A stretch of DNA of 64,000 nucleotides from Candidatus Moraniibacteriota bacterium. Lineage in GTDB: Bacteria; Patescibacteriota; Minisyncoccia; Moranbacterales; UBA1568. The position numbers and the translations under genes are program-made. The notes under the pieces are model-generated. The model made no database searches, had not been told where the DNA came from, and worked only from the letters and a program-made list of their open reading frames with translations. Of this stretch, positions 22,069-31,755 are shown one piece after another (the stretch's first letter is position 1; every line of letters starts with the position of its first letter). Location: NCBI GenBank assembly GCA_023261695.1, contig JAHFON010000003.1, positions 6,682-70,681 of the forward strand, in the 5' to 3' direction.

Positions 22069-22143
22069 GGCACGCCCGAAGAGGTGGCGCAAGCGGCGCA
22101 CTCGCACACGGGGCGGTATCTGAAACGCGTGTTGAAAAAATGA
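22069..22143 (+). repeat. Direct repeat copy 2 (orphan duplicate of uvrA 3' end)
   Basis: 59-nt identity with 18101-18159. Retains in-frame ...GRYLKRVLKK stop but has no upstream uvrA body. Confidence 0.9.
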
Positions 22144-22185
22144 ATGTGTTATAATGCAGATAACCTAATTTTTTCACTAAATATT

Positions 22186-22770
22186 ATGCAAGATGTCAGC
22201 CAAGACGTTTCCGCGCCGGCGCCGAAAAAGAAATTGGGCATTGTCAAATGGGCGCTGATTGTCGGTATCGCGGTCGTGATAAATCTCTTTTTGGTTTACC
22301 TGGTGGACTCTATACGCAAGGAGCCTGGATATACGGATTTTTGTCCGGAGCGTCAGGTAAATCGGATGATTGAATCAGAGGCGGAATGTTTGAAAGTTGG
22401 CGGGCAATGGAACGAAAGCGCGGATGTAAGAATACAAAAAACGCCGGAGCAGTCTTTTCCCGCGCCTGCCGTTCCTAGCTATTGCGATCCTGATTACACT
22501 TGCCGCAAACAACACGAAGACGCGCTGAAAATATATAACCGCAACGTGTTTGTGATATTTGTGATCGCGGGGATTATGCTTTTGATTGCCGGCGTGTACG
22601 CGGGAGGGACTGAAGCGGTGTCATTGGGACTTTCTTTCGGCGGGGTGATCGCTTTAATTTACGGTTCAGGGCGCTATTGGTCGGATATGAACGATATTTT
22701 AAGAGTCATTGTTTTAGGTATGGCGCTGGTAGCTCTTATATATGTGGCGTGGAAAAAATTCCAAGATTAG
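22186..22770 (+). CDS. Hypothetical membrane protein (N- and C-terminal TM helices)
   Basis: Track start 22144 abuts the duplicated stop codon. A -10-like tgttataat precedes ATG 22186. Confidence 0.4.
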   Translation: MQDVSQDVSAPAPKKKLGIVKWALIVGIAVVINLFLVYLVDSIRKEPGYTDFCPERQVNRMIESEAECLKVGGQWNESADVRIQKTPEQSFPAPAVPSYCDPDYTCRKQHEDALKIYNRNVFVIFVIAGIMLLIAGVYAGGTEAVSLGLSFGGVIALIYGSGRYWSDMNDILRVIVLGMALVALIYVAWKKFQD

Positions 22771-22782
22771 CATTATTTTGTT

Positions 22783-24087
22783 ATGAAATTGTGGGATAAA
22801 ATTTTAACCTTGGAAAAATTCCAAAAGAAAAATACACTCCCTGATTTACCCGGAGTGTATTTTTTCTTGGGCGCGAAAAAAGAATTGCTCTACATCGGCA
22901 AGGCGACGATTCTTCGCGATCGGGTAAAAAGTTATTTCTCTCATAATGTTCTGGCTACGCGCGGACCCAAAATCGGGCGAATGCTGGAACTGACGCGTTT
23001 TGTCGCTTATCGGACGGCGGATTCCGTGTTGGAAGCGTTTATCTTGGAGACGAACTTGATCAAGCAATATCAGCCGCCGCACAATACTTCCGCTAAAGAT
23101 GACAAGAGTTTCAATTACGTCGTAATCACTCGGGAAAAATATCCGCGAGTGCTGGTCAAAAGGGGACGGGATATTCTTCATTCCCATCAAACGTTGGAAA
23201 CCGGTCGGGAGTATCAGAAAATATTCGGCCCTTTTGCTTCAGGTGGCGCGCTTCGCGAAGCGCTGAAAATCGTGCGCAAAATTTTCCCTTTCAGAGACAA
23301 ATGCGCGCCGTATGAGGAATGGTTCCTCAAACAAAAAATCAAAACGCGCGGCGGACAAAATAGCGGTGGTGCCGGCGCGCCGTGTTTTATGGCGCAGATC
23401 GGATTGTGTCCGGGTGTTTGCGAGGGAACGATTACCGCGCGCGAATATCAGCGGACGATTCGTAATATCATTATGTTTTTTGAAGGACGTAAAAATCAGC
23501 TTTTGAAAAAACTGGAACGTGAAATGCAAACGTCTGCGAAGAATTTGGAATTTGAACGGGCGGGTGAAATCAAAAAAACCTTGTTTGCTTTGCGGCACAT
23601 TCGTGACACGGCGTTGATCAAAAATGAATCAGGAATTTTGACAGGAAGAATTGAAGCCTATGATGTGGCGCATCTGGCGGGGACCGCGAGTGTCGGCGCG
23701 CTGGTCGTGGTGCAAAATGGTTTGGCGGACACGAGCCAGTATCGGAAATTCAAATTGCGGCGTAAACATCATGGCAACGACTTGACGGCTTTGCAGGAAA
23801 TTCTGGAGCGCCGCTTGAAGCATACGGAGTGGCCTTTGCCAGATATCATCGTGGTAGACGGAGCGGATCTGCAGATCGGCGCGGCCAAGCAGGCACTTTT
23901 GACTTCGGGTCTCACGATTCCGCTTATCGGGGTGGTGAAAGATGCCAAGCATCAGCCGGAGCGTTTGATGGGAGAGGAGAAGCTCACGAAACGTTTCCAG
24001 AAGGCCATTCTTCTGGCAAATAGCGAAGCGCATCGTTTTGCCATTACTTTTCACCGCCATCGCAGAAAAAAAGAGTTTTTACCATAG
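22783..24087 (+). CDS. uvrC: Excinuclease ABC subunit C, short form (GIY-YIG + UVR + endonuclease domain, no C-terminal HhH)
   Basis: GIY-YIG motif GVYFFLGAKKELLYIGKA...R, UVR-like FERAGEIKKTLFALRHI, RNase-H-like IEAYDVAHLAGTASVGALVV. 434 aa. Confidence 0.8.
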   Translation: MKLWDKILTLEKFQKKNTLPDLPGVYFFLGAKKELLYIGKATILRDRVKSYFSHNVLATRGPKIGRMLELTRFVAYRTADSVLEAFILETNLIKQYQPPHNTSAKDDKSFNYVVITREKYPRVLVKRGRDILHSHQTLETGREYQKIFGPFASGGALREALKIVRKIFPFRDKCAPYEEWFLKQKIKTRGGQNSGGAGAPCFMAQIGLCPGVCEGTITAREYQRTIRNIIMFFEGRKNQLLKKLEREMQTSAKNLEFERAGEIKKTLFALRHIRDTALIKNESGILTGRIEAYDVAHLAGTASVGALVVVQNGLADTSQYRKFKLRRKHHGNDLTALQEILERRLKHTEWPLPDIIVVDGADLQIGAAKQALLTSGLTIPLIGVVKDAKHQPERLMGEEKLTKRFQKAILLANSEAHRFAITFHRHRRKKEFLP

Positions 24088-24108
24088 TCGCTTAAAAAGG
24101 CGCGCCGC

Positions 24109-24138
24109 TTGACAAAATGGGCAGTTTTAGCGTAATAT
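24109..24138 (+). promoter_or_regulatory. Near-consensus sigma70 promoter for the HD/radical-SAM operon
   Basis: TTGACA (24109-24114), 18-nt spacer, TAATAT (24133-24138). RBS aaaggagaaagg before ATG 24217. Confidence 0.55.
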
Positions 24139-24216
24139 AAAACGTCATACCAGTGACGTTAAATTCTGGTAAGAACTTTGACAATTCAAGCAAAATTTAA
24201 GAAAGGAGAAAGGCGG

Positions 24217-25722
24217 ATGAACAAATTCGTGAATTATCTCGATCCGACTGTCCCGGTTGAGGAACGTCTGCGATGGGCATTCGATGAGTTACGGCTGTCA
24301 AATGATCAGCGGGAAGGCGTCGTTGCCTTTCTGCACCCACTCAAAGTCAAAGATCGTGCCACTTATGAACACAGTATTAGAGTGGGGTTGCTGGCTCGTC
24401 GCATTGCTCGCTTCATGCATCTTGATGAGAGGGCACTGCTCTATGCTGGCTTACTTCATGACACAGGAAAGTGTCAGACCTGGTTGGGAACACTTCAAAA
24501 GACTGAAGGCTGGACACCTGCCGATACAGAGGAAATCAAACAACATGTTCTTGATGGCCACCGACTAATTCATGGTCATTTTGATTTCACTGCAGAGGTT
24601 ATCCTTTGGCACCACCGTTTTCAGGCTGGCGGTTATCCAAAAAAAATGCCTGCGCCATTGCATGAATACAGCGAGGGAACTAAGACGATGATCGCTTTCT
24701 ATGGTCGTATTCTGGCGCTGGCTGACTGTTTCGATGCACTGCATCGGGTCAATGACAAGTTTGGCGCGCTTACCGGTGAGCAGGTAGAGGAAAAGATGAT
24801 CGCGCTCAATCGTGATCAGCGGGTTTTGGTCGAGGAGTTGTACAATGCCGGCGTTCTCACTACCTATGTGGTCAGTGAAGAACTGGCAATCCTGCAACCG
24901 CTCGATATTCACGATCAGCTGTACCTGCAAATCTGGGAGCGACAGCAGTCAGCACGGACAGTCGATGAGACAATTCGTGGTATCGTGCTGGCGACCGCAT
25001 TGGAACCATTATCCGACAAGGCAGGCTGCACCACCCGACACCGCAATCTGAATCGCTGGCAAAAGCTTGAGTACTTTATCGCAGCGGCGATAAATATTGG
25101 AGATGCGTTTCGCGACCTTCTTACTGCAATCGGTAGTAGTCGGCGACAAATGCCAACCATCTACCAATACGCTTTAGCGGCGCAGAAGGAGAGCAAACGT
25201 AACCGTCGTGGCGGTCGTGTGAACCATGGCATTATTGAGTTGCTGTTGCCCGTCGTGGTGGCACAGCACGTGTATGACATGGAACGACAACTCACGGCAG
25301 AGGAAGTTCTTACCAAAGCCGTTGAGGTGCTCAAGCAAACATCTGCGGATGATATCCGTTATCTCCGCGAGATGAAGCGATTTGCGTTTGACCTTAGTGG
25401 CTATTTCGATCGTCCTGTACCGGAGTGTTCGACGGCTCATACCGTATTTGAGTACTACGAACAAGACTTGGGTACCTCAACCAAACAAACTGGCATTGCT
25501 CATAATTCCGAGTTTGTGAAGGGGTTCCCAACGGTGGCAGCTGTTTACATGGCAATGTGTAAGTGTCAGCTTCCTGAACTGAACAGCAAAACAGAAGAAG
25601 CTTACCAGAGAGCGGCTGCTTTGCATCACGGTGATGTGGCGAGCGGTTTTTTGGCTGACTGTGTGGCTGTTGGGTTGTATCTGCAGCTGTCACATAATCC
25701 GAAGTGTAAACTCGTATCTTGA
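24217..25722 (+). CDS. HD-domain metal-dependent phosphohydrolase with about 300-aa C-terminal extension
   Basis: H...HD...H...D pattern: YEHSIRVGLLA...LLHDTGK...ILWHHRF...LADCFDALH. Track ORF begins at TTG 24178; ATG 24217 has a strong RBS. Confidence 0.7.
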   Translation: MNKFVNYLDPTVPVEERLRWAFDELRLSNDQREGVVAFLHPLKVKDRATYEHSIRVGLLARRIARFMHLDERALLYAGLLHDTGKCQTWLGTLQKTEGWTPADTEEIKQHVLDGHRLIHGHFDFTAEVILWHHRFQAGGYPKKMPAPLHEYSEGTKTMIAFYGRILALADCFDALHRVNDKFGALTGEQVEEKMIALNRDQRVLVEELYNAGVLTTYVVSEELAILQPLDIHDQLYLQIWERQQSARTVDETIRGIVLATALEPLSDKAGCTTRHRNLNRWQKLEYFIAAAINIGDAFRDLLTAIGSSRRQMPTIYQYALAAQKESKRNRRGGRVNHGIIELLLPVVVAQHVYDMERQLTAEEVLTKAVEVLKQTSADDIRYLREMKRFAFDLSGYFDRPVPECSTAHTVFEYYEQDLGTSTKQTGIAHNSEFVKGFPTVAAVYMAMCKCQLPELNSKTEEAYQRAAALHHGDVASGFLADCVAVGLYLQLSHNPKCKLVS

Positions 25723-25733
25723 AGGGAGATTCA

Positions 25734-27335
25734 ATGCAAACCAAGCGACATATCCAATTCTGGACAATCGCTGAGTCGGAGCCTTCAACACACGAAGACC
25801 TGGAAGAAGGTGTTGGCCCGTACCTTTTGGCCACGATGGCCAAAAGGGCGGGTTACACTGTTTCTTCTTACCAAGCCAGTCAATATGGCTGTGACGCAAA
25901 AGCGATAGTTACTCAGATAAAAACTGACTTGCCGGATATTCTGGCACTCAGCATTTTTTCTGGCGGCATCCATCTCCTTCGTGAAGTTCTAGGTAAGGTT
26001 GATAACGCCCTTCCTGTGATGATCGGAGGGCCCGGAGCAACCAGTGAACCAGCGCGCGTTCTGTCAGAGATCGGCACTTCGCGACAACCAATAGGACCAG
26101 TTGCCCTGGTACAGTCGGAGGGAGAAAGTGCCTTTGCAGCACTCCTCGCAAGTGAACCAGGACAATGGGGTACGATTCCGCAGTGTTGGCGATTGAGCCA
26201 TGATGGGAAAATCCTGTCTGGACAGTTCGGTGCACTGCGTGACCTGGATGAAAAACCGCTGGTTGATCTGTCTTCCAGCGTCATGCGGCGTAAGTGTGAA
26301 GGTGTTTTCCGAGATGATGCGATGCCGTTGCAACAAAGGATTCGTGCCATTCAGGCACTGCAACACTGCTACGTTGAAACTCGCCGTGGGTGTTTTTTCA
26401 AGTGCGAGTTCTGTAGCGAACCGCAACTTACCGTGAAGGGTGTCAGAAAAACATCGCCTGCACGGGCAATTCAAGAGGTGCAGCATCTCTTTGAGAATTT
26501 CGGCATCACGTTCTTCAACTACGCTGATAATATCGCCTTTGATGACGAAGTGTGGTGGCGAACATACGCTGAACTCCTGCAACAACTTCCGTACCATCAC
26601 CTGATCCAGTTTGGCGGTTACGGTACGCCAAAGTTTTTCAGTAAGAAGATGTGGTTTTCGGAAACACTGCCTCTGCTGTGTAGGGCTGGTCTCTGCTTCG
26701 TTACGCTGGGCGTCCAATCGGGATCGCGACGAATTTTGAAAGACATCATCCACCGTCCACCCGATGATCCTGAGAAGGCCATGGAAGTTGTGCGTCAATG
26801 TGCCCCACTAGGATTGAATGTTAAAACAGACTTCATCGTGGGTCATCCCACCGAAACAATTGATGATCTAAAGATGACTCATCGCTGGGTCAGGCAGCTG
26901 TATAACGCTGGAGCACAGGTTTTTGTTCGAAGATTAGGTATCGTTCCCAAATCGGGTTATGATTTCCGCCTTCGTGACAACTTCTACACCCCGCCTGCTC
27001 ATAGTGAGGAGTCAGAAGGTGTTATAACTGACATTCTCTGGTACCACAGCAGAAAGGATAACTGGCTGAAGGCTGTTGCTAACACGCAACCAAATCTGTT
27101 CTTGATTGATCGGGAACAACACACGTTGTTTCCGAAGCCCCGATACGATATGACTACACTTTTGACTGACGCCAAGAAAGTGGTCTATCTACCGGAGCCG
27201 CTCCGAGAGCGATTCACGACACTCTTCGAGTTGGTTATTAGACTGAAATCGTGGCCGTCCCGGTCCCGTGGGAATAACATCTCGCGGGACTTTTTTATTT
27301 TCTTCTCGTCAACCTTTTTGAATTTCGGCGAGTAG
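25734..27335 (+). CDS. Cobalamin(B12)-binding-domain radical SAM enzyme
   Basis: N-terminal Rossmann-like B12-binding region (ILALSIFSGG...PVMIGGPG), canonical CxxxCxxC (CFFKCEFC). RBS aagggag before ATG 25734 (track start is TTG 25719). 11 nt after the HD gene stop, same strand. Confidence 0.75.
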   Translation: MQTKRHIQFWTIAESEPSTHEDLEEGVGPYLLATMAKRAGYTVSSYQASQYGCDAKAIVTQIKTDLPDILALSIFSGGIHLLREVLGKVDNALPVMIGGPGATSEPARVLSEIGTSRQPIGPVALVQSEGESAFAALLASEPGQWGTIPQCWRLSHDGKILSGQFGALRDLDEKPLVDLSSSVMRRKCEGVFRDDAMPLQQRIRAIQALQHCYVETRRGCFFKCEFCSEPQLTVKGVRKTSPARAIQEVQHLFENFGITFFNYADNIAFDDEVWWRTYAELLQQLPYHHLIQFGGYGTPKFFSKKMWFSETLPLLCRAGLCFVTLGVQSGSRRILKDIIHRPPDDPEKAMEVVRQCAPLGLNVKTDFIVGHPTETIDDLKMTHRWVRQLYNAGAQVFVRRLGIVPKSGYDFRLRDNFYTPPAHSEESEGVITDILWYHSRKDNWLKAVANTQPNLFLIDREQHTLFPKPRYDMTTLLTDAKKVVYLPEPLRERFTTLFELVIRLKSWPSRSRGNNISRDFFIFFSSTFLNFGE

Positions 27336-27386
27336 GTAAAAATTGGGGAGTTTGAGGGGAAAATTTTTTGCCCGCGAGCGAAATTA

Positions 27387-27430
27387 CCGCCGCCCGAGCG
27401 TCAGCTGGCGGCGGGTTAGCGTTTGTTTTG
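27387..27430 (+). terminator. Rho-independent terminator after the radical SAM gene
   Basis: ccgccgcc-(12-nt loop)-ggcggcgg followed by gttagcgtttgttttgg. Confidence 0.6.
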
Positions 27431-27740
27431 GAAATAGGTTCTAACTTGGTACAATAGAGACACAAATAAATAGTTTTTTTGTGCTGTAATTATACACCTC
27501 GTGCGCCATCAGTTCCGTTCAAAGTAGGTTCGGATTTCGTCAAATAAACGCACTATCTAAATAGTACTCCTTTTTGGAATGCTATTTTCAATAATTTGAG
27601 CGGGAGGAATGAGAAGGGCGCGAGTAGAAAGCGAGCAAGCAATCTCTCACTGAAGCTATACAAGCCTCTTTACACCGCGCGAAAAAGAATGTATGCTGGG
27701 AGACAATTGCGTTTTCTTTGTCAGCAGACTTTCCATAACT

Positions 27741-30539
27741 ATGCCGGGAAAAAAATCGGTTATTGAAATTCGCGGCGCGCGCGTCAACAATCTGAAAAAC
27801 GTGAACGTGGACATTCCGCGTGACGCTCTTGTGGTGATCACCGGACTTTCCGGTTCCGGAAAATCTTCTTTGGCTTTTGATACTTTGTTCGCGGAGGCCA
27901 ATCGGCGCTATGTGGAATCGCTTTCTTCGTACGCGCGCAATTTTCTGGACAATCTGGATAAACCGGATGTGGATGCGATTCACAATCTCTCACCGGCCAT
28001 TTCTATTGATCAGAAGAGTGTGTCGCGCAGTCCGCGTTCCACCGTCGGCACAATGACGGAAGTTTATGATTATCTGCGAGTGCTGTTTGCCAAACTCGGT
28101 GTGCCGCATTGTCCTGTGTGCGGCAAGCGTCTGACAAGAAAGAGCGCGCGCGAAATACTGGACGAGATTTTGCGTTTACCTGATGAGACGGCGCTGATTT
28201 TTACGGCTTATAATCCGACCTTGGTTGGAAAAACTGAAACTGAAGCGCTGGTCTCCATTGGCGGTTTAGGTTACGCGCGGGTGTTTTTTCGCGGAACTTT
28301 GTTGACGGTTGCCGAAGCCTCTGCCTTGGCTTCTCCCGTGAAAGTTTCCAAGGTAGAAATTGTTATTGATCGTCTGACTCTGGATTTCTCTCGCCTCGAC
28401 AAGGAGCGTATATTGGATTCTGTGCAGACGGCTTTTCACGTGGGGCAGGGAACATTTGTATTGCGCGTTCCTGCCACCGGCGAAGAGCGTTTTTATAATG
28501 AAGAGTACCTCTGTGAAAAATGCGGCGTGCATTTGCCGGAATTTACGCCGCGGCATTTTTCTTTCAATAATCCTGAAGGGGCCTGCGAGCAATGCGCCGG
28601 CCTTGGCGTAACATTGAAATTTGATCCGGAGCTCATCATTCCCAATAAAAATCTCTCGCTCTCCGAGGGGGCGATCCGTCCTTGGAGCAAAACCAACGGT
28701 GATCGCCATACCGGACAGGGGACGATGCAGTGGCTTCGCGAAGCCAGCCGCCAACACAAGTTTTCGCTGGACGTGCCGGTGAAAAAACTTTCTGCCAAAC
28801 ATTTGAATCTTATATTGTACGGAGAACGCGATGAACGCCAAGACGCTTTTCCGGGAGTCGTGGCACTGCTTCAAAAGAAATACCGTGAGACTAAATCCGA
28901 CCACTCACGTGCCGATATTGAGGCGTATATGTTGGTTAAAATCTGTTCGCTTTGCGAAGGCAGACGTCTGAAAGCCTCGGCGCGGGCCGTGAAGTTGGAA
29001 GGGTTTTCCATCAGTGATCTGACGCGCCAAAGCGTGGCGGCATTTTTGGAAACGCTGAAAGTTTTGCGCGAAAAATTATTGAAGACGGAGAAGTTGAAAA
29101 TTCTTGATCCTTTGTTTCGCGAGATGTCTATGCGTCTGCACGCGGTGGAAAAAGTGGGTTTGGGATATCTGGAACTCTCTCGCGGCGCCGACACTCTTTC
29201 TGGCGGAGAAGCCCAGCGTATACGTCTGTCGGTGCAGATGAAATCCGGGCTCTCGGGCATCATTTATGTTTTGGATGAACCGACCATCGGATTGCACAGC
29301 CGTGACACGGAAAGATTGATCAATGCGCTGGAAGATTTGCGCCGCGCCAATAATTCGCTGGTGGTGGTGGAACACGACGTTGCGATTATGCGTCGGGCGG
29401 ACTATATCATTGATATGGGTCCGGGGGCTGGCAGTAACGGCGGAGAGGTTATTTTCGCGGGCACGCCGAATATGCTTACGCATTCCAAACTTCTGACGGG
29501 GCAATATCTCTCCGGCAAGCGCGTTTTATCCGAAAAGAAACAATCGCGGCGCTTGAGCGAAGCGGCGATTACTATCTGCGGCGCGACCGAGCACAATCTG
29601 AAAAATATTGACGTAACGATTCCTCTGGGTATGCTGGTGGCGGTTTCCGGTGTTTCTGGTTCAGGGAAATCCAGTTTGGTGCATAATATTCTTTCCCGCG
29701 CTTTGTCCAAATATTTCTATCGTGCCAAACTTGAGCCGGGAGCGCATAAAAAAATCACCGGACTTTCCAATCTGGACAAAGTGATCACTGTCACCCAAGA
29801 TCCGATAGGCCGGACGCCGCGCTCCAATGCCGCGACATATACGGGGGTGTTTAGTTTGATCCGCGACTTGTTCGCGGAAACGATTGAAGCGGAGCGTGAT
29901 AAATATTCAGCCAGCCATTTTAGTTTCAATATGCGCGGCGGCCGCTGTGAAGCATGTCAGGGCGGCGGGTTGAAAAAAATTGAAATGTATCTTTTGCCGG
30001 ATGTTTACGTGCCGTGCGAAGTTTGCCAAGGAACGCGGTATAATGCCAAGACGCTGGCCATTGAATATCGCGGAATGAATATTGCCGACGTGTTGCGTAT
30101 GACGATAGCGGACGCGCGGAAATTTTTTCTGGATCAGCCGCTGATTGAAGAGAAATTGCGCGTTTTGGAAGAAGTCGGTCTCGGGTATCTCGTGTTGGGT
30201 CAGAGCGCGACCAATCTTTCCGGCGGAGAAGCCCAACGTATCAAACTGGCGACGGAACTTGCGCGCAAATCAACGGGCAAGACGCTCTATATTCTGGACG
30301 AGCCGACAATCGGTCTGCATTTTGAAGATGTGCGGCGTTTGTTTGAGGTGTTGGAGGCTCTGGTGGCGAAGGGGAACAGCGTGCTGGTCGTGGAGCACAA
30401 TATTGACGTGATTCGTTATGCCGATTGGGTGTTGGAGCTTGGTCCGGAGGGCGGCGAGCAGGGCGGCGAACTTATTTTCTCCGGCAGTCCCGCGAAATTA
30501 AAAACTTGCGCGCGTTCTTTCACGGCAAAGTATTTGTAA
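27741..30539 (+). CDS. uvrA: Excinuclease ABC subunit A (full-length, class I)
   Basis: [20 protein letters not shown]...[14 protein letters not shown], UvrB-binding and insertion domains present, second ABC module [11 protein letters not shown]. About 930 aa from ATG 27741. Confidence 0.95.
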   Translation: MPGKKSVIEIRGARVNNLKNVNVDIPRDALVVITGLSGSGKSSLAFDTLFAEANRRYVESLSSYARNFLDNLDKPDVDAIHNLSPAISIDQKSVSRSPRSTVGTMTEVYDYLRVLFAKLGVPHCPVCGKRLTRKSAREILDEILRLPDETALIFTAYNPTLVGKTETEALVSIGGLGYARVFFRGTLLTVAEASALASPVKVSKVEIVIDRLTLDFSRLDKERILDSVQTAFHVGQGTFVLRVPATGEERFYNEEYLCEKCGVHLPEFTPRHFSFNNPEGACEQCAGLGVTLKFDPELIIPNKNLSLSEGAIRPWSKTNGDRHTGQGTMQWLREASRQHKFSLDVPVKKLSAKHLNLILYGERDERQDAFPGVVALLQKKYRETKSDHSRADIEAYMLVKICSLCEGRRLKASARAVKLEGFSISDLTRQSVAAFLETLKVLREKLLKTEKLKILDPLFREMSMRLHAVEKVGLGYLELSRGADTLSGGEAQRIRLSVQMKSGLSGIIYVLDEPTIGLHSRDTERLINALEDLRRANNSLVVVEHDVAIMRRADYIIDMGPGAGSNGGEVIFAGTPNMLTHSKLLTGQYLSGKRVLSEKKQSRRLSEAAITICGATEHNLKNIDVTIPLGMLVAVSGVSGSGKSSLVHNILSRALSKYFYRAKLEPGAHKKITGLSNLDKVITVTQDPIGRTPRSNAATYTGVFSLIRDLFAETIEAERDKYSASHFSFNMRGGRCEACQGGGLKKIEMYLLPDVYVPCEVCQGTRYNAKTLAIEYRGMNIADVLRMTIADARKFFLDQPLIEEKLRVLEEVGLGYLVLGQSATNLSGGEAQRIKLATELARKSTGKTLYILDEPTIGLHFEDVRRLFEVLEALVAKGNSVLVVEHNIDVIRYADWVLELGPEGGEQGGELIFSGSPAKLKTCARSFTAKYL

Positions 30540-30547
30540 AGAAATCT

Positions 30548-31468
30548 ATGTCCTACCATTTGGGAAAAAATATCCTGGCGACGGTGACGTATTATGATGT
30601 TTTGGATATGCCGCTTTCGGCATTTGAGATTTGGAAACATTTGCTTGTACAGGAGGTTTCGCAAGTGACGCGCGAACCGATTACGCTCAGACAGGTTTTT
30701 GGATCGTTTGCGTCGGATACGCTCAATTCCAAGGTTAGTCATAAAAACGGATTTTATTTTTTGCGCGGACGCGATGATCTGGTGACCCGGCGCATTCGAG
30801 CGGAAAAAATCTCCGTTGGGAAACTGAAACGTATCCGGCGTCTGGCGCGGTGGCTTGTGTACATCCCATACGTCAGAATGCTGGGCGCTACCGGCAGTCT
30901 GGCTATGAAAAACGGCGAACACGAGAGCGATTGGGACATATTTGTTGTTTTGCGTTCGGGAAAAATTTGGAGCGGGCGGACGATGCTGACGGGGTTTCTT
31001 CACCTGATAGGCAAGAGACGGCATCATGGCAAAATACAAGATCGCGTGTGCCTCAATTATTTTGTGACGGATGACAATCTGGAGATAGGCACCAAGGATT
31101 TGTTTTCCGCTCACGAGTACAGTTTTTTGATCCCGCTGTGGAATTTTCCGCTGTTTCAAATTTTTGAATTGAAGAATCGTTGGATACGAGATTACTATCC
31201 GAATTTTACTCCGACGACACTGCCCAGCCTCTGGACATTGAAAAATAGTCCGCCTGCGCGACATATTCAAAAAATACTGGAAAGAGTTTTTGACCTGCCC
31301 AATCTGGAGCGATGGCTGGCTGGCTGGCAGAAGGAAAAAATTTTCCGCAATCCCAAAACGCACATTGAAGGGAGCCTGATTGAGGCTAGTGATCGAGCCT
31401 TGATTTTCTTGCCCCGCCCGCGTGGTCCGCGCGTCTTCCAAAAATTCAAGGAACGTTTGAATGTTTGA
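30548..31468 (+). CDS. Hypothetical protein with minimal nucleotidyltransferase-fold motif
   Basis: GATGSLAMKNGEHESDWDIFVV fits hG[GS]x(9-13)DhD of Pol-beta-type NTases. The opposite-strand ORF 30416-31474 is an Arg-rich shadow. Confidence 0.4.
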   Translation: MSYHLGKNILATVTYYDVLDMPLSAFEIWKHLLVQEVSQVTREPITLRQVFGSFASDTLNSKVSHKNGFYFLRGRDDLVTRRIRAEKISVGKLKRIRRLARWLVYIPYVRMLGATGSLAMKNGEHESDWDIFVVLRSGKIWSGRTMLTGFLHLIGKRRHHGKIQDRVCLNYFVTDDNLEIGTKDLFSAHEYSFLIPLWNFPLFQIFELKNRWIRDYYPNFTPTTLPSLWTLKNSPPARHIQKILERVFDLPNLERWLAGWQKEKIFRNPKTHIEGSLIEASDRALIFLPRPRGPRVFQKFKERLNV

Positions 31469-31510
31469 GATCAATCCGATCTGGCTTCAAAAGTTAAAAT
31501 GAGAAACCAA

Positions 31511-31536
31511 AAACCGCTCCACCAATGGAGCGGTTT
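31511..31536. terminator. Bidirectional terminator hairpin between convergent genes
   Basis: aaaccgctcca-ccaa-tggagcggttt, a perfect 11-bp stem. Confidence 0.6.
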
Positions 31537-31557
31537 AGATAGGTATCGGCGCTTAAA

Positions 31558-31755
31558 TTAGACGCGAGATACACCGGTGGCCGCGGGTCCTTTTTCACCT
31601 TCTGTAACTTCGAAAGTTACGGCATCGCCGACTTTGAGTTCATCGAAAGTAACACCTACGAGCTCTTTGGAGTGGAAGAAAAGATCCTTCGCCTCGCCAT
31701 CGCGAGAGATGAATCCGAAACCACGGTCCGTGAGCGTTTTGATTGTTCCGTTCAT
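31558..31755 (-). CDS. cspA: Cold-shock protein
   Basis: GTIKTLTDRGFGFISRDGEAKDLFFH carries RNP1/RNP2 motifs. 65 aa. Confidence 0.9.
   Translation of the reverse strand: MNGTIKTLTDRGFGFISRDGEAKDLFFHSKELVGVTFDELKVGDAVTFEVTEGEKGPAATGVSRV

Noticed and set aside
22144-22185. ATG directly abutting the duplicated uvrA stop codon as start of the membrane-protein gene
   Set aside because: This ATG is part of a tgttataat -10-like element. ATG 22186 was preferred. Either start is possible.
26064-26798. 244-aa minus-strand ORF inside the radical SAM gene
   Set aside because: Lies antisense within a gene whose sense frame has the complete CxxxCxxC and B12-binding motifs. No RBS.
28266-28904. 212-aa minus-strand ORF inside the second uvrA
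   Set aside because: Antisense shadow within a complete, motif-rich UvrA reading frame.
30416-31474. 352-aa minus-strand ORF fully overlapping the plus-strand ORF 30425-31468
   Set aside because: Arg/Gln-rich, low-complexity translation typical of an antisense shadow. The plus-strand frame starts with an ATG 8 nt after the uvrA stop and carries an NTase-like motif.
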